From the NCBI GenBank assembly GCA_963836935.1, contig CAWILM010000011.1, positions 6,815-70,814 of the forward strand: 64,000 bases of DNA. The letters are read 5' to 3'. The stretch comes from an uncultured Acidimicrobiaceae bacterium (GTDB taxonomy: Bacteria > Actinomycetota > Acidimicrobiia > Acidimicrobiales > Bog-793). Shown piece after piece: positions 35,788 through 44,868 of the stretch; within the stretch, counting starts at the first letter, position 1, and each line of letters begins with the position of its first letter. Below the pieces are notes generated by a model. The model worked only from the letters and a program-made list of their open reading frames with translations, ran no database searches and was not told the origin of the DNA. A program made the position numbers and the translations under genes.

Positions 35788-37208
35788 AGCACCTCCTCCA
35801 GACCCAGCACGTGCTCGACGATCTCACCCTGGGAGGGGAGGACCCCACCCATGCGACGTACGTGACTCATAGGCGGGGGCATGTGGACCTCGGCGTGGCT
35901 CAGTGCCAACCGCAGCTCGTCCTCGAGCTGGCCGCTGCTCGCCTCGACGACGACGAGGCGTTTCACCCGGTCGAGCACACCGCGGAGGGCATCGATCGGG
36001 AACGGCCACAGGGTGATGGGCCGGAAGAGGCCCACTTTCAGCCCCTTGTCGCGTAGCTCGCCGACCGCACCCTTCGCGAGCTGAGCCAGCGTGTTGCACG
36101 CCACGAGGACAATGTCGGCGTCGTCGCACCGGTAGAGGTCAGCCCGCTGCTCCTCGGCGGCCATCCGCTCGTACTTCTCGTTGAGGCGGATGTTGTCCTG
36201 TTCGAGCCCTGTCTCGGAGAGGTTGAGCGAGCAGATCAGGTTGCCCCGGTGGGAGTGGTCGCCGAACACAGCCCATTCGGGGATCCCCGGCACCACCATC
36301 TCGCCCGGCAGTCGTACCTTGCCGGTCATCTGGCCGAGGAAGCCGTCGCCGACGATCACGACGGGGTTTCGATACTTGAAAGCAAGCTCGAACGAGAGCA
36401 TGGCGATGTCCAGCATCTCCTGGGGAGTCGCCGGAGCCAGCACTATGGCATGGGTGTTCCCATGGCCGAGGCCCCGGCAGACCAGCTTGATGTCCGCCTG
36501 CTCGGGTCCGATGTTGCCCAGCCCTGGCCCGCCGCGCATGACGTTCACGAACACCGCCGGAATCTGCGCGCCGACCATGTACGAGATTCCCTCCAGCATC
36601 AGGCTGAAACCGGGGGAGCTCGTGAAAGTCATGCACCGCTTCCCGGCGCCGCCGGCGCCGTACATCATGTTGACAGTCGCCACTTCGCTGACCGCCTGGA
36701 TAAAGATGCCGCTGAGCTCGGGCAGCACCTTCGCCATCAGCTCGGCGCCCTCGGTGGACGGGGTGATCGGGTAACCGAAGACGTGTCGGCAGCCGGCCAG
36801 GACCGCACCGACCGCGGCGGCATAAGTCCCCTTGACGACAAGGGGCTCCCGCGCAGGCAACGGGACGGTCGTATCCGGGCGCGACTCCGGCTTTGGCACC
36901 GCGAATGGCCGAGGGCCGAGAACCGTGGCCGGGTCGATCAACTCGAAAACTGGCTCGTCGCCTTGGGGGCGGAGACCGTACGGCTCCGGGCAGGCGTCGA
37001 AACAGAGACCACAACCGTTGCACTGCGACAGGTCGAGAATGATCGGAACCAGTCCGGTCACCGGGTTGATCTCGGTACCCATCGTGATGCAGCCCTTTGT
37101 GCACGAACTGATGCAGCGCCCACAGCCCTTGCAGTACTCGGGCACGACGAAGGGCTTGGGTCGTTCGACCACCCTGGTCACGGCGTTACCTCCTGCAGGG
37201 GCTGGCAT
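35784..37208 (-). CDS. 2-oxoacid:ferredoxin oxidoreductase, fused delta (2x[4Fe-4S] ferredoxin) + alpha subunit
   Basis: The N-terminus has CKGCGRCISSC..C and CNGCGLCFDAC..P cluster motifs. The alpha domains follow: ..GYPITPSTEGAELMA..MTFTSSPGFSLMLEGISYMVGAQIPAVFVNVMRGGPGLGN.. and ..LFRPITLWPFP... Confidence 0.8.
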   Translation of the reverse strand: MPAPAGGNAVTRVVERPKPFVVPEYCKGCGRCISSCTKGCITMGTEINPVTGLVPIILDLSQCNGCGLCFDACPEPYGLRPQGDEPVFELIDPATVLGPRPFAVPKPESRPDTTVPLPAREPLVVKGTYAAAVGAVLAGCRHVFGYPITPSTEGAELMAKVLPELSGIFIQAVSEVATVNMMYGAGGAGKRCMTFTSSPGFSLMLEGISYMVGAQIPAVFVNVMRGGPGLGNIGPEQADIKLVCRGLGHGNTHAIVLAPATPQEMLDIAMLSFELAFKYRNPVVIVGDGFLGQMTGKVRLPGEMVVPGIPEWAVFGDHSHRGNLICSLNLSETGLEQDNIRLNEKYERMAAEEQRADLYRCDDADIVLVACNTLAQLAKGAVGELRDKGLKVGLFRPITLWPFPIDALRGVLDRVKRLVVVEASSGQLEDELRLALSHAEVHMPPPMSHVRRMGGVLPSQGEIVEHVLGLEEVL

Positions 37209-37672
37209 CCTGCCACGCGAATGTCTTGGGCACCGATGTTGTCTTGGCTAGAGGGCGCGTCCGCAGCTTCGTGGGCGCGAGGCAACTCGAACCGAACGCA
37301 CACCGTGCTGCGCCCGTCACCAGTGAGAGCGGACCGCGAACATCGTACGAGGTGCTCCTAGGGTCACCAACGCGGGACAGGGCGTACTCACCGTTTCCAT
37401 CTTCGACCCGGGGGCTTTGGTGGGCAAGGCCTTTATGTCGTCCTCGACCGGGCCGAAAGACTCTTTCCGCAGGTTGGGTCTCTGCCCGCACCCCCTCGTC
37501 CATGCTCCACCAGGACCGGGACGAATACATCGGGCCGCGTTCCTCTTACACGTGCTGCCGCAACTGCGAGACTGGAGGAGTGGAAGGCGGCTCTGGGTCC
37601 GGGACCGGCGAGGTGAGCGAGACAAGCGTCGAGGCCCCGGAAGAAGCGACGCGCGTGAGCCGCCGGGTTGGG

Positions 37673-39886
37673 ATGCACACTCTCGAGGCCGCCGACTCCG
37701 GCACCGACGGGCATCTCGACGCCGCGCTGCGGGACAGGTCGGAAGTGGCGCGGAGCGCGTTGGACGCGTTCATGCACCCACACGTGATCGCCGTGGTCGG
37801 GGCCAGCTCCGATCCGAACACGATCGCGGGCTTGCTCTTCGCCAACCTGGTCGACAGCCACTTCGGCGGGGCCGTCCTGCCCGTGAACAAGAAACACCCG
37901 ACGGTGCAGGGCATCGCCGCTTATGCAGACCTGGCGGCCTGCCCGGTGGTTCCGGACCTTGTTTTCGTCTGTGTGCCGGCCGCCACCGTTCCCGGAGTAG
38001 TTGCCCAAGCTGGTGCCCTCGGTGTGAAGGCGGTCTGCGTCATCTCGGCCGGATTCGCGGAGACAGGACCAGACGGGGCGCTCCTCGAGGCCAACCTTGT
38101 TCGGGAGGCCCTAGCGCACGGCGTGAGGCTCGTCGGCCCGAACTGCACCGGGATCCTCAGCGGTACGGGCGACTCACGGTTCAACGCGACGTTCAGCCGG
38201 GCCGTTCCCTCGCCGGGCAGCATGTCGCTGCTCAGCCAGTCGGGTGCAATTGGGCTCGCCCTGCTCGAAGGCGCCCAGGTTCGCGGCCTTGGGATCAGGT
38301 CGTTCGTGTCGGTAGGCAACAGCACCGACATTGCCGGGAACGACCTGCTCCTGTATTGGGGCCAGTCTCCCGACACCGACCTGATCCTGCTCTACTTGGA
38401 GGAGATCCCCGATCCCCGGTGGTTCATCCGGATCGCCCAATGGGTCGGCACGCGCGTCCCAGTCGTGGCCGTCAAGGCAGGGCGGACGAGAGCCGGCACT
38501 CGTGCCGCGGCATCGCACACGGCCGCGCTCTCCGGCGGCGACGTGGCAGTTGACGCCGTGCTCCACCAGGCGGGCGTGATTCGCGCGGAATCCATCGAGG
38601 AAATGCTCGATCTCGCCACGATGCTGAGCCCACAGAGACGGTTCCGAGGACGTCGCGTGGGCATTCTGACAAACGGAGGAGGTCCGGGCATTCTCGCGGC
38701 AGACGCCTGCGAGGCCAACGGGCTCGTTGTGCCCGAACTCGACGAGTTCACCGCGGCGGGTTTGCGATCGTTCCTCCCGCCGGAGGCAAGCGCGGGGAAC
38801 CCTGTCGACATGATCGCTAGTGCCACGGCGGAGCAATACGGACGAGCGGCCCGCGCCCTCGGGACGGCGCCGGGGATCGATGCGCTGATAGTCATGTTCA
38901 ACACGCCCTTGATCACCCGCGCCTCAGATGTGGCCGCTGAGCTCATCGCCGCTCGGGCCGAGATCAGCGAGGACGTGCCGTTGATCTCGGTGTTCATGAA
39001 CCGCGAAGGCCCCCCCTCGGTTGTCCGCGAGGCAGGCATCCCTTCGTTCGCGTTTCCGGAGAACGCGGCGCGTGCGCTCGACCAGAGCATCGCATGGGAA
39101 GAAAGGCGGCGCCGCCCGGCCGGCAAGGTGATGCGGCCCCGCGTCGACGCCGGCCTCATCGGCCGGCTCGTGGCCGCGGCCGTACGTCGCGCGAGCGACG
39201 GCTGGCTCGCTGTGACTGACGCGCACGCGTTGCTCGACGCCTACGGAATCTCAGTGGCACACTCCGTGCTCGTGCAGACCGCGGACGAGGCCGAGGCGGC
39301 GCAGGCGAGGCTCGGTTGCAAGGTGGCCGTGAAGGTCGCCGCCTCGATCCACAAGAGCGATGTCGGCGGCCTCCAACTCGGGGTGACGACCCCTACCGCG
39401 GCTGGAGACGCGGTGCAGGCGATTCGCGCCAACCTGGAATCCGCCGGGCTCGGCGGGGTGGCCACCGAGTTCCTCGTCCAGGAGCAGATCGAGTCGGGAC
39501 AGGAGATGATCGTCGGTGTCAACCACGACCCCTCACTGGGGTCGCTCGTCACGGTTGGCCTTGGGGGCACGCTGGTCGAGATGCTGGACGACGTCGCGAC
39601 TCGGATCGCACCGCTCACCGAAACCGACATCGAGGACATGCTGCAGTCGCTGAAGGCGTACCGGCTGTTGACGGGCTATCGGGGAGCGCCGACTCTCGAC
39701 GTCGCAGCGCTGCGTGAGATGCTGCACAGCGTTTCCGCGCTTGCCGACGACCTGCCTGAGATCGCTGAGATGGACCTCAACCCCGTGTTCGTCCTCGAGA
39801 CGGGTGCCGTCGTCGCAGACGTGCGTATCCGCCTCGCGGACCTACCCTCCTCACCAGCGCGCTCAGCCACTGGCTCGAGGCGATAG
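37673..39886 (+). CDS. ADP-forming acetyl/acyl-CoA synthetase (acetate--CoA ligase family; fused CoA-binding, ligase-CoA and ATP-grasp domains)
   Basis: It contains ..[85 protein letters not shown].. and then the ATP-grasp part ..[21 protein letters not shown]...EMDLNPVF. The start is taken at ATG 37673, because the ORF-track extension back to 37226 is compositionally non-coding. Confidence 0.8.
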   Translation: MHTLEAADSGTDGHLDAALRDRSEVARSALDAFMHPHVIAVVGASSDPNTIAGLLFANLVDSHFGGAVLPVNKKHPTVQGIAAYADLAACPVVPDLVFVCVPAATVPGVVAQAGALGVKAVCVISAGFAETGPDGALLEANLVREALAHGVRLVGPNCTGILSGTGDSRFNATFSRAVPSPGSMSLLSQSGAIGLALLEGAQVRGLGIRSFVSVGNSTDIAGNDLLLYWGQSPDTDLILLYLEEIPDPRWFIRIAQWVGTRVPVVAVKAGRTRAGTRAAASHTAALSGGDVAVDAVLHQAGVIRAESIEEMLDLATMLSPQRRFRGRRVGILTNGGGPGILAADACEANGLVVPELDEFTAAGLRSFLPPEASAGNPVDMIASATAEQYGRAARALGTAPGIDALIVMFNTPLITRASDVAAELIAARAEISEDVPLISVFMNREGPPSVVREAGIPSFAFPENAARALDQSIAWEERRRRPAGKVMRPRVDAGLIGRLVAAAVRRASDGWLAVTDAHALLDAYGISVAHSVLVQTADEAEAAQARLGCKVAVKVAASIHKSDVGGLQLGVTTPTAAGDAVQAIRANLESAGLGGVATEFLVQEQIESGQEMIVGVNHDPSLGSLVTVGLGGTLVEMLDDVATRIAPLTETDIEDMLQSLKAYRLLTGYRGAPTLDVAALREMLHSVSALADDLPEIAEMDLNPVFVLETGAVVADVRIRLADLPSSPARSATGSRR

Positions 39887-40081
39887 TGCTGCACCTTTCC
39901 CTCCGCGAGCTCGATCAGCGCGCCGTGAAACACGCCCGAAGCACACGCTCCCGGGATTGATGCAGATGGTCTTGCCAAGCTTGGTCGTGCCACGCGACTC
40001 GTGGATGTCGCCGTGCAGACCCAGGGCGGGTTGGTACTTCTCGATAACGGCCCTCACTGCCTTTGAGCCGAAGGGCCCCAT
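39863..40081 (-). pseudogene. Metallophosphoesterase C-terminal remnant (frameshifted, N-terminal two-thirds missing)
   Basis: The sequence ..[41 protein letters not shown] matches the GHxH/NPGS end of Icc/YfcE-like phosphoesterases. The natural continuation (..[20 protein letters not shown]) is in another frame (ORF 39676-39993) and overlaps the 3' end of the synthetase gene. Only ~65 nt separate it from the next gene, which leaves no room for the N-terminal domain. Confidence 0.45.
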
Positions 40082-40147
40082 CTAGACTTCACTTGCATCC
40101 ATCCAGTCTTGGAGCGCGCTCTGCGACCTCCTTTGACTCGAAGGACC

Positions 40148-40900
40148 TCAATCCATGAAGGCTCCGCCGTTCACTGACAGCGCTTCGCCCGTGATGAAAG
40201 CTGAATCAGGCCCGAGCAGGAAGGCGATGGCGCGAGCGACGTCCTCCGCGGTCTCTATACGTCCCAGTGGTGTGTCTTTGACATAGAGCTCGAACACCTC
40301 TTCGGGCGCTATGCCGCGCAGCTCCCCTTCCCACACCAGCTCGCGTGCCTGCATGCTCGTGGCGACGTAGCCGGGGCAGACGCTGTTGACACGAATGCCG
40401 TAGGGCGCGAGTTCGAAGGCCATGGACTGGGTGAGTCCTACAACTGCGAACTTCGAAGCCACGTAGTGGGACAACCATGGGGTACGTCCTTGCTTGCCAG
40501 CCATCGAAGCCACGTTGACGATCGCGCCTTGGCGGTTGGCGGCTACCAGCCGCCTCGAAAACTCCTGTCCGCAGTAGAAGACGCCTGTCGTGTTGACGTC
40601 CAGCATCAGGTGCCAGTCCGCATCTGGCATGTCGAGGAACGTGACGAACGAGGAAACGCCTGCGTTGGAGACGAGCCAGTCCAAGGGCCCGATCGCTTGT
40701 TCGGCCTCGTCCATGGCTCCGCGGATCGACTGCCTGCTCGTCACATCGAGTACGGTGCCGAAACCGCCCACTTCCGCCGCGACCCGTCGCGCGGTTTCCT
40801 GGTCGATGTCGGTGACAGCGACCTTGAAGGCGCGTTCCGCGAGCAGCTGAGCGGTCGCCTTGCCGATGCCGCTCGCAGCTCCCGTTATCAGCACGCTCAT
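40148..40900 (-). CDS. Short-chain dehydrogenase/reductase (SDR)
   Basis: It contains MSVLITGAASGIGKATA (TGxxxGxG), NAG, and the catalytic YVASKFAVVGLTQS (YxxxK). Confidence 0.8.
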   Translation of the reverse strand: MSVLITGAASGIGKATAQLLAERAFKVAVTDIDQETARRVAAEVGGFGTVLDVTSRQSIRGAMDEAEQAIGPLDWLVSNAGVSSFVTFLDMPDADWHLMLDVNTTGVFYCGQEFSRRLVAANRQGAIVNVASMAGKQGRTPWLSHYVASKFAVVGLTQSMAFELAPYGIRVNSVCPGYVATSMQARELVWEGELRGIAPEEVFELYVKDTPLGRIETAEDVARAIAFLLGPDSAFITGEALSVNGGAFMD

Positions 40901-42345
40901 GACAGGACCTCCTTCAGCGCTGGATAGAGCGCTCGATATGTGGCGTAGTGACGGTCGTAGACAGGGTCTGGATGTGACTCGACGACTTCGGTGACTTCCA
41001 CGAAGCGTTCGATGTCACGCCAGTCGGAGAAAACGCCGACGCCGACGCCTGCTACGAATGCGGCCGCCACGGCCGAGCCGCTCCGCATTGCGACCTTCTC
41101 GAGCGGCAGACCGATGACATCGGCCGTGATCTGTGTCCAGACCTTGGATCTCGATCCACCGTCGGTGACGCGGACGCGACGAGGAGTGTGCCCTCTTTCC
41201 GCCAAGACGTCGAGATGGTGGCGGAATCCGTAGGCGATACCTTCGAGGACCGCGCGGAAGAGGTTGCCGCGCTCGTGGGTGAGTTGCAGCCCAACAAACG
41301 CGCCGGTGGCGTCCGGATCGTTGATCGGGGTCTTCTCTCCCAGGAAGTAAGGAAGCGCGATGACGCCGCCGGCTCCTGGTCCGACGCGGTCAGCCTCCAG
41401 ATCCAGTTGTCCCAGATCGGTTCCCGCTGCCAGGACGCGCTGGAACCACCGAATCAGGCTCCCGCTCGTCGCCATGCAGCCGCTCATCATGTAGCGACCT
41501 GGCAGAAGGTGAAAATCGAGGTAGAGGCGTTCGTCGACGAGAGGCTCGTCAACGGCGAGCATGATGTCGCCGGCACCTCCGAGCTTGACGAGCACGTCGC
41601 CGTCGTCGAGGATCCCCGCGGCGAACGCCGAACCGATGTGGTCCGCCGAGCCGGCGACGACCGGCAGGCCCTCTGGTAGCCCTGTCTCACGGGCCGCCTC
41701 CGCGGTCAGGTGACCGACGATCTCCTCTGGCCGACGGATGGAAGGCAGGAGGCTCAAGCGGCCGCCCGAGGCGGCGACGATGTCCTCCGCCCACGATCCG
41801 GCGCGGAAGTCGAACAGGCCCGTCTCGAGGGCCCAGTTCGCCTCGACGGCACGTTCGCCGGTCAGTCGCATAGCGATGTAGTCGTAAGAGCCGAGCACGG
41901 TCCTCGTTCGTTGCCACAGGTCCGGTTCGTGCTCTGCGAACCACAGGAATCGAGGGCCGGTTGCCTGTTGTGTGATGGCAGATCCGGTTCGTTCAAGGAC
42001 TTGGGCGCCAGCCAGGCGGCGGTTCAGCTCTGCGACTTCAGTTCCCGATCGTGCATCGTTCTGCTGAACCGACCAGCGGAGAGCCCGGTTGTGTGCATCC
42101 AGCAAGATGGTGCACGGCACCATGCCGGTGACTCCGACGGCGGCGATATCGCCGCTGCGTCCCAGTTCCCGTGTCAGCGCACACACGTTGGACCACCATG
42201 CGTCCGGATCTTCTTCGGCCCACCCGGGCAGCACGGAATGCAGCTGTGAGGGACGCTCGGCCTCCGCGACTGCGCCCTCATGCGGATCAAGCAGGAGCGC
42301 CTTGGTGGCCGTGGTCCCGATGTCAATGCCGAGGAGAAGGCTCAA
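40897..42345 (-). CDS. FGGY-family carbohydrate kinase (xylulokinase-like)
   Basis: The N-terminus reads MSLLLGIDIGTTATKALLLD. It also has ..GVTGMVPC.., ..GSADHIGSAFAAG.. and C-terminal ..TDGGSRSKVWTQITADVIGLPL... Confidence 0.8.
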   Translation of the reverse strand: MSLLLGIDIGTTATKALLLDPHEGAVAEAERPSQLHSVLPGWAEEDPDAWWSNVCALTRELGRSGDIAAVGVTGMVPCTILLDAHNRALRWSVQQNDARSGTEVAELNRRLAGAQVLERTGSAITQQATGPRFLWFAEHEPDLWQRTRTVLGSYDYIAMRLTGERAVEANWALETGLFDFRAGSWAEDIVAASGGRLSLLPSIRRPEEIVGHLTAEAARETGLPEGLPVVAGSADHIGSAFAAGILDDGDVLVKLGGAGDIMLAVDEPLVDERLYLDFHLLPGRYMMSGCMATSGSLIRWFQRVLAAGTDLGQLDLEADRVGPGAGGVIALPYFLGEKTPINDPDATGAFVGLQLTHERGNLFRAVLEGIAYGFRHHLDVLAERGHTPRRVRVTDGGSRSKVWTQITADVIGLPLEKVAMRSGSAVAAAFVAGVGVGVFSDWRDIERFVEVTEVVESHPDPVYDRHYATYRALYPALKEVLS

Positions 42346-43143
42346 GGACGGGCCGCCTTCATGAAGCTTTCGACGCGGGCCGGGTCGACTGCATTCCAGG
42401 TGTAGCCGTCCGCTTTGAGGTCCGAGCCAACTATGACGCCATCGGCAATCTCGAGGTAAGAAGCGACGTTCGTTGCTTTCACGCCCGTATTTGCGATTAC
42501 CGGCACCTCGCCATTGACGGCCTTGACAATCTCTTGCAGCGTGCCCATGTCCACCTCTGCGCTGGCCATCGGACCCGACACGAGAATCGCGTCCGCGAGG
42601 CTCGAAACCACGACGGACCTCGCGAATTCACCGATACCGCGACTGCCGGGTCGGCTTGCGAATTTCAGGGGTCACGTTCATGAGCATTTCGACATGGTCC
42701 GCATTGAGACGGCGGCGTTCCCGAAGAAGGTCAGCGGCGTCGGTGCTCCACAAACCCATGTCCGACTCGTAAGTCCCGGTCATCACCTCACGCACGAACG
42801 AGGCGCCAGTGGCCGCGGCGACGGCGAGAGCAGCACGCGGATCCCACAGGAAGTCGACACCGAAAGGCCGGTCAGTGGGAGCGAGCTCCGCCACGACGCG
42901 CGTCATCGTTGCCACTCCTTCATAACCGGCCCGGAACGAGTACGGCCGGTCACCTTCGTTGCAGAACAGGAGAGCGTCGAACCCGGCATCGAGGAGGATC
43001 TCGAGGTCTGCCCGAACGTGCTTGACGTTTCCCGCCAACCCGGATTCCGCGTCGTAAAGCGGCGTCCCCAAGGTCGGGAGCAGGTGCACCATCGCGATGA
43101 GCGGCTTGCTGTCAGCGAACAACTCATTGATGTTCTCCATCAC
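42342..43143 (-). CDS. BtpA/SgcQ-family TIM-barrel protein, apparent 1-nt frameshift near 42655-42668
   Basis: ORF 42628-43143 reads ..PLIAMVHLLPTLGTPLYD..GFDALLFCNEGDRPY..GVDFLWDP..FVREVMTGTYESDMG..NVTPE. The reading continues in ORF 42342-42611 and upstream as FASRPGSRGIGEFARSVVVSSLADAILVSGPMAS..VIANTGV... The junction is at GAAATT. Confidence 0.65.
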
Positions 43144-43919
43144 ACCACTGCTACCTCCACGTGACTCGATTCCAACGCAGCCACTTGTTCCGGCTGCGCT
43201 CTCGCGTCTGTGATCACGACACTGACCGAATCGAGGGGGCAGATTCGGGCGAATGTCACTACACCGAGCTTTGAGCTGTCCGCAACGACGATGCAGCGCC
43301 TCACCGTCGCAAGGGCGGCTCTCTTGACGCGGGCGTCGTCGGTGCTGAACTCGGTGCAGCCGACTTCGGCGTCCACTCCGGCTACGCCCATGACGAGTGT
43401 GTCGAAACGCAGGCGTGCGAAAGCGTCCTCGGCAAGATCTCCGATAAGCGAAAGGTCGCCCGGCGTGACCGTGCCGCCGGTGATCATCAAGCGGATGCCC
43501 CTCTCTTTGGCCAGGACGTTGGCAACGTGCAGGCTCGAGGTGATCACGGTGAGATTTCGCCGACCGCGAAGTGCTCGAGCCACCTCGAGCGTCGTGGTAC
43601 CCACGTCCAAGATGACTGTTTCCCGTTCCCTGATCATGGAAGCGGCGGTTTCGCCGATTCGTTGTTTGGCGTCCAAGTCGCGCTTTTCCCGCACGGAATA
43701 GGGAGGGAGGTCACCCCGCGAGGCGACACTGATCGCGCCGCCGTGAACGCGTCGGAGGACGCCCTCCTGCTCTAGGAGTTGCAGGTCGCGCCTTATGGTC
43801 ATGGCCGACGCGCCGGTCCGTTCGCTCAGCTCGACCACCGACAGCTCGCCCTTTTCCTGGAGCAGCTCCAGGGTCGCTTCACGGCGTGATCGACTGTCCA
43901 TTCCTGTGCGAATGTACAA
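43140..43919 (-). CDS. DeoR/GlpR-family transcriptional repressor
   Basis: The N-terminal HTH reads RREATLELLQEKGELSVVELSERTGASAMTIRRDLQLLEQEG. A DeoR C-terminal sugar-phosphate sensor domain follows. There is a 4-nt overlap with the downstream gene. Confidence 0.8.
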   Translation of the reverse strand: MYIRTGMDSRSRREATLELLQEKGELSVVELSERTGASAMTIRRDLQLLEQEGVLRRVHGGAISVASRGDLPPYSVREKRDLDAKQRIGETAASMIRERETVILDVGTTTLEVARALRGRRNLTVITSSLHVANVLAKERGIRLMITGGTVTPGDLSLIGDLAEDAFARLRFDTLVMGVAGVDAEVGCTEFSTDDARVKRAALATVRRCIVVADSSKLGVVTFARICPLDSVSVVITDARAQPEQVAALESSHVEVAVV

Positions 43920-43980
43920 TTCTAGCTGTTGAAACGCAAGTAGAACGAGTACGATTCATGTGTGAATACACAAGAAGCGC

Positions 43981-44868
43981 GTGACAAACAACACGCAGCG
44001 CCCGACACTTCTGGCCATGGGTACTTCTCGGGCAGACATGTGGCCGCGGCCGCACCTGGCAGTCGTTGGGTCGGTGTGCAGTCTCAACTCGCCGTGCTTG
44101 CGGATCTCGCCCTGGATCTTCGCGCGCGAGGCCGGACAGGTGCACAGGCGGGGGCTGGAGCGCACACTTCGCGTGGAGACCAAGTCCTCCTCCACTGACC
44201 TGGTGAGCGAGGTCGACCACGAGTCGGAGCGTCTAATCGTCGAACGCCTTAGGGTCGTTCGACCCGATGACGCCATCCTGGCCGAGGAGGGGACGCTCCT
44301 TCCGGGCACCAGCGGGGTGCGCTGGGTTATCGATCCACTTGACGGCACAACGAACTACATCTACGGCTATCAGGCTTGTGCGGTCTCCATTGCGGTCGAG
44401 ATCGACGGCGAGCTGCAGATAGGTGCGGTGTACGATTCGAGCGCTGGACGTTGCTACACGGCGCTCAGTGGCTTCGGGGCTTTCTGCGATGATCGCCCGA
44501 TCCGCGTGCGGGACCAGTGCGAGATCGAGCGCTCGCTCGTGGCCACAGGCTTCTCCTACGACGCCGAGCAACGTGAACGGCAGGGTTCCGTTTTGGCCTT
44601 GATCCTGGGTCGAGTGAGTGACATCCGGCGCAGTGGAGCAGCCGCTCTCGATCTTTGTCACGTCGCGGCAGGCCATCTCGACGCGTACTGGGAGTTGGAC
44701 AACGCGCTGTGGGATTACGCCGCAGGCAGCGTCATTGCCCGCGAAGCAGGCGCCGAGGTCCTGTTCCCGCAGGCGGCCCACGGACGGGGTCCCGCCGTCG
44801 TGGCGGCGAGCAAGTCGCTCATGCCCTCGTTCCTCCGCCTCCTGCAGGAGGCGGGCGCGTTGGCCTAG
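43981..44868 (+). CDS. Inositol monophosphatase family protein (SuhB/HisN-like), N-terminus needs a frame correction near 44110-44125
   Basis: It contains ..VETKSSSTDLVSEVDHESERLI..ILAEEG..WVIDPLDGTTNY.. and ..SGAAALDLCHVAAG..DAYWE... The expected N-terminal helix (QLAVLADLALDL) is in ORF 43962-44198 and joins AREAGQVHRRG of this frame. The stop codon TAG (44866-44868) lies in the CTAG at the tip of the adjacent IS. Confidence 0.7.
   Translation: MTNNTQRPTLLAMGTSRADMWPRPHLAVVGSVCSLNSPCLRISPWIFAREAGQVHRRGLERTLRVETKSSSTDLVSEVDHESERLIVERLRVVRPDDAILAEEGTLLPGTSGVRWVIDPLDGTTNYIYGYQACAVSIAVEIDGELQIGAVYDSSAGRCYTALSGFGAFCDDRPIRVRDQCEIERSLVATGFSYDAEQRERQGSVLALILGRVSDIRRSGAAALDLCHVAAGHLDAYWELDNALWDYAAGSVIAREAGAEVLFPQAAHGRGPAVVAASKSLMPSFLRLLQEAGALA

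Noticed and set aside
36139-37361. Long alternative-frame ORFs (36139-37104 on the minus strand, 36249-37361 on the plus strand) over the OFOR alpha gene.
   Set aside because: Their composition is nonsense (R/P/G/H-rich). The annotated frame carries ferredoxin Cys motifs and OFOR alpha motifs.
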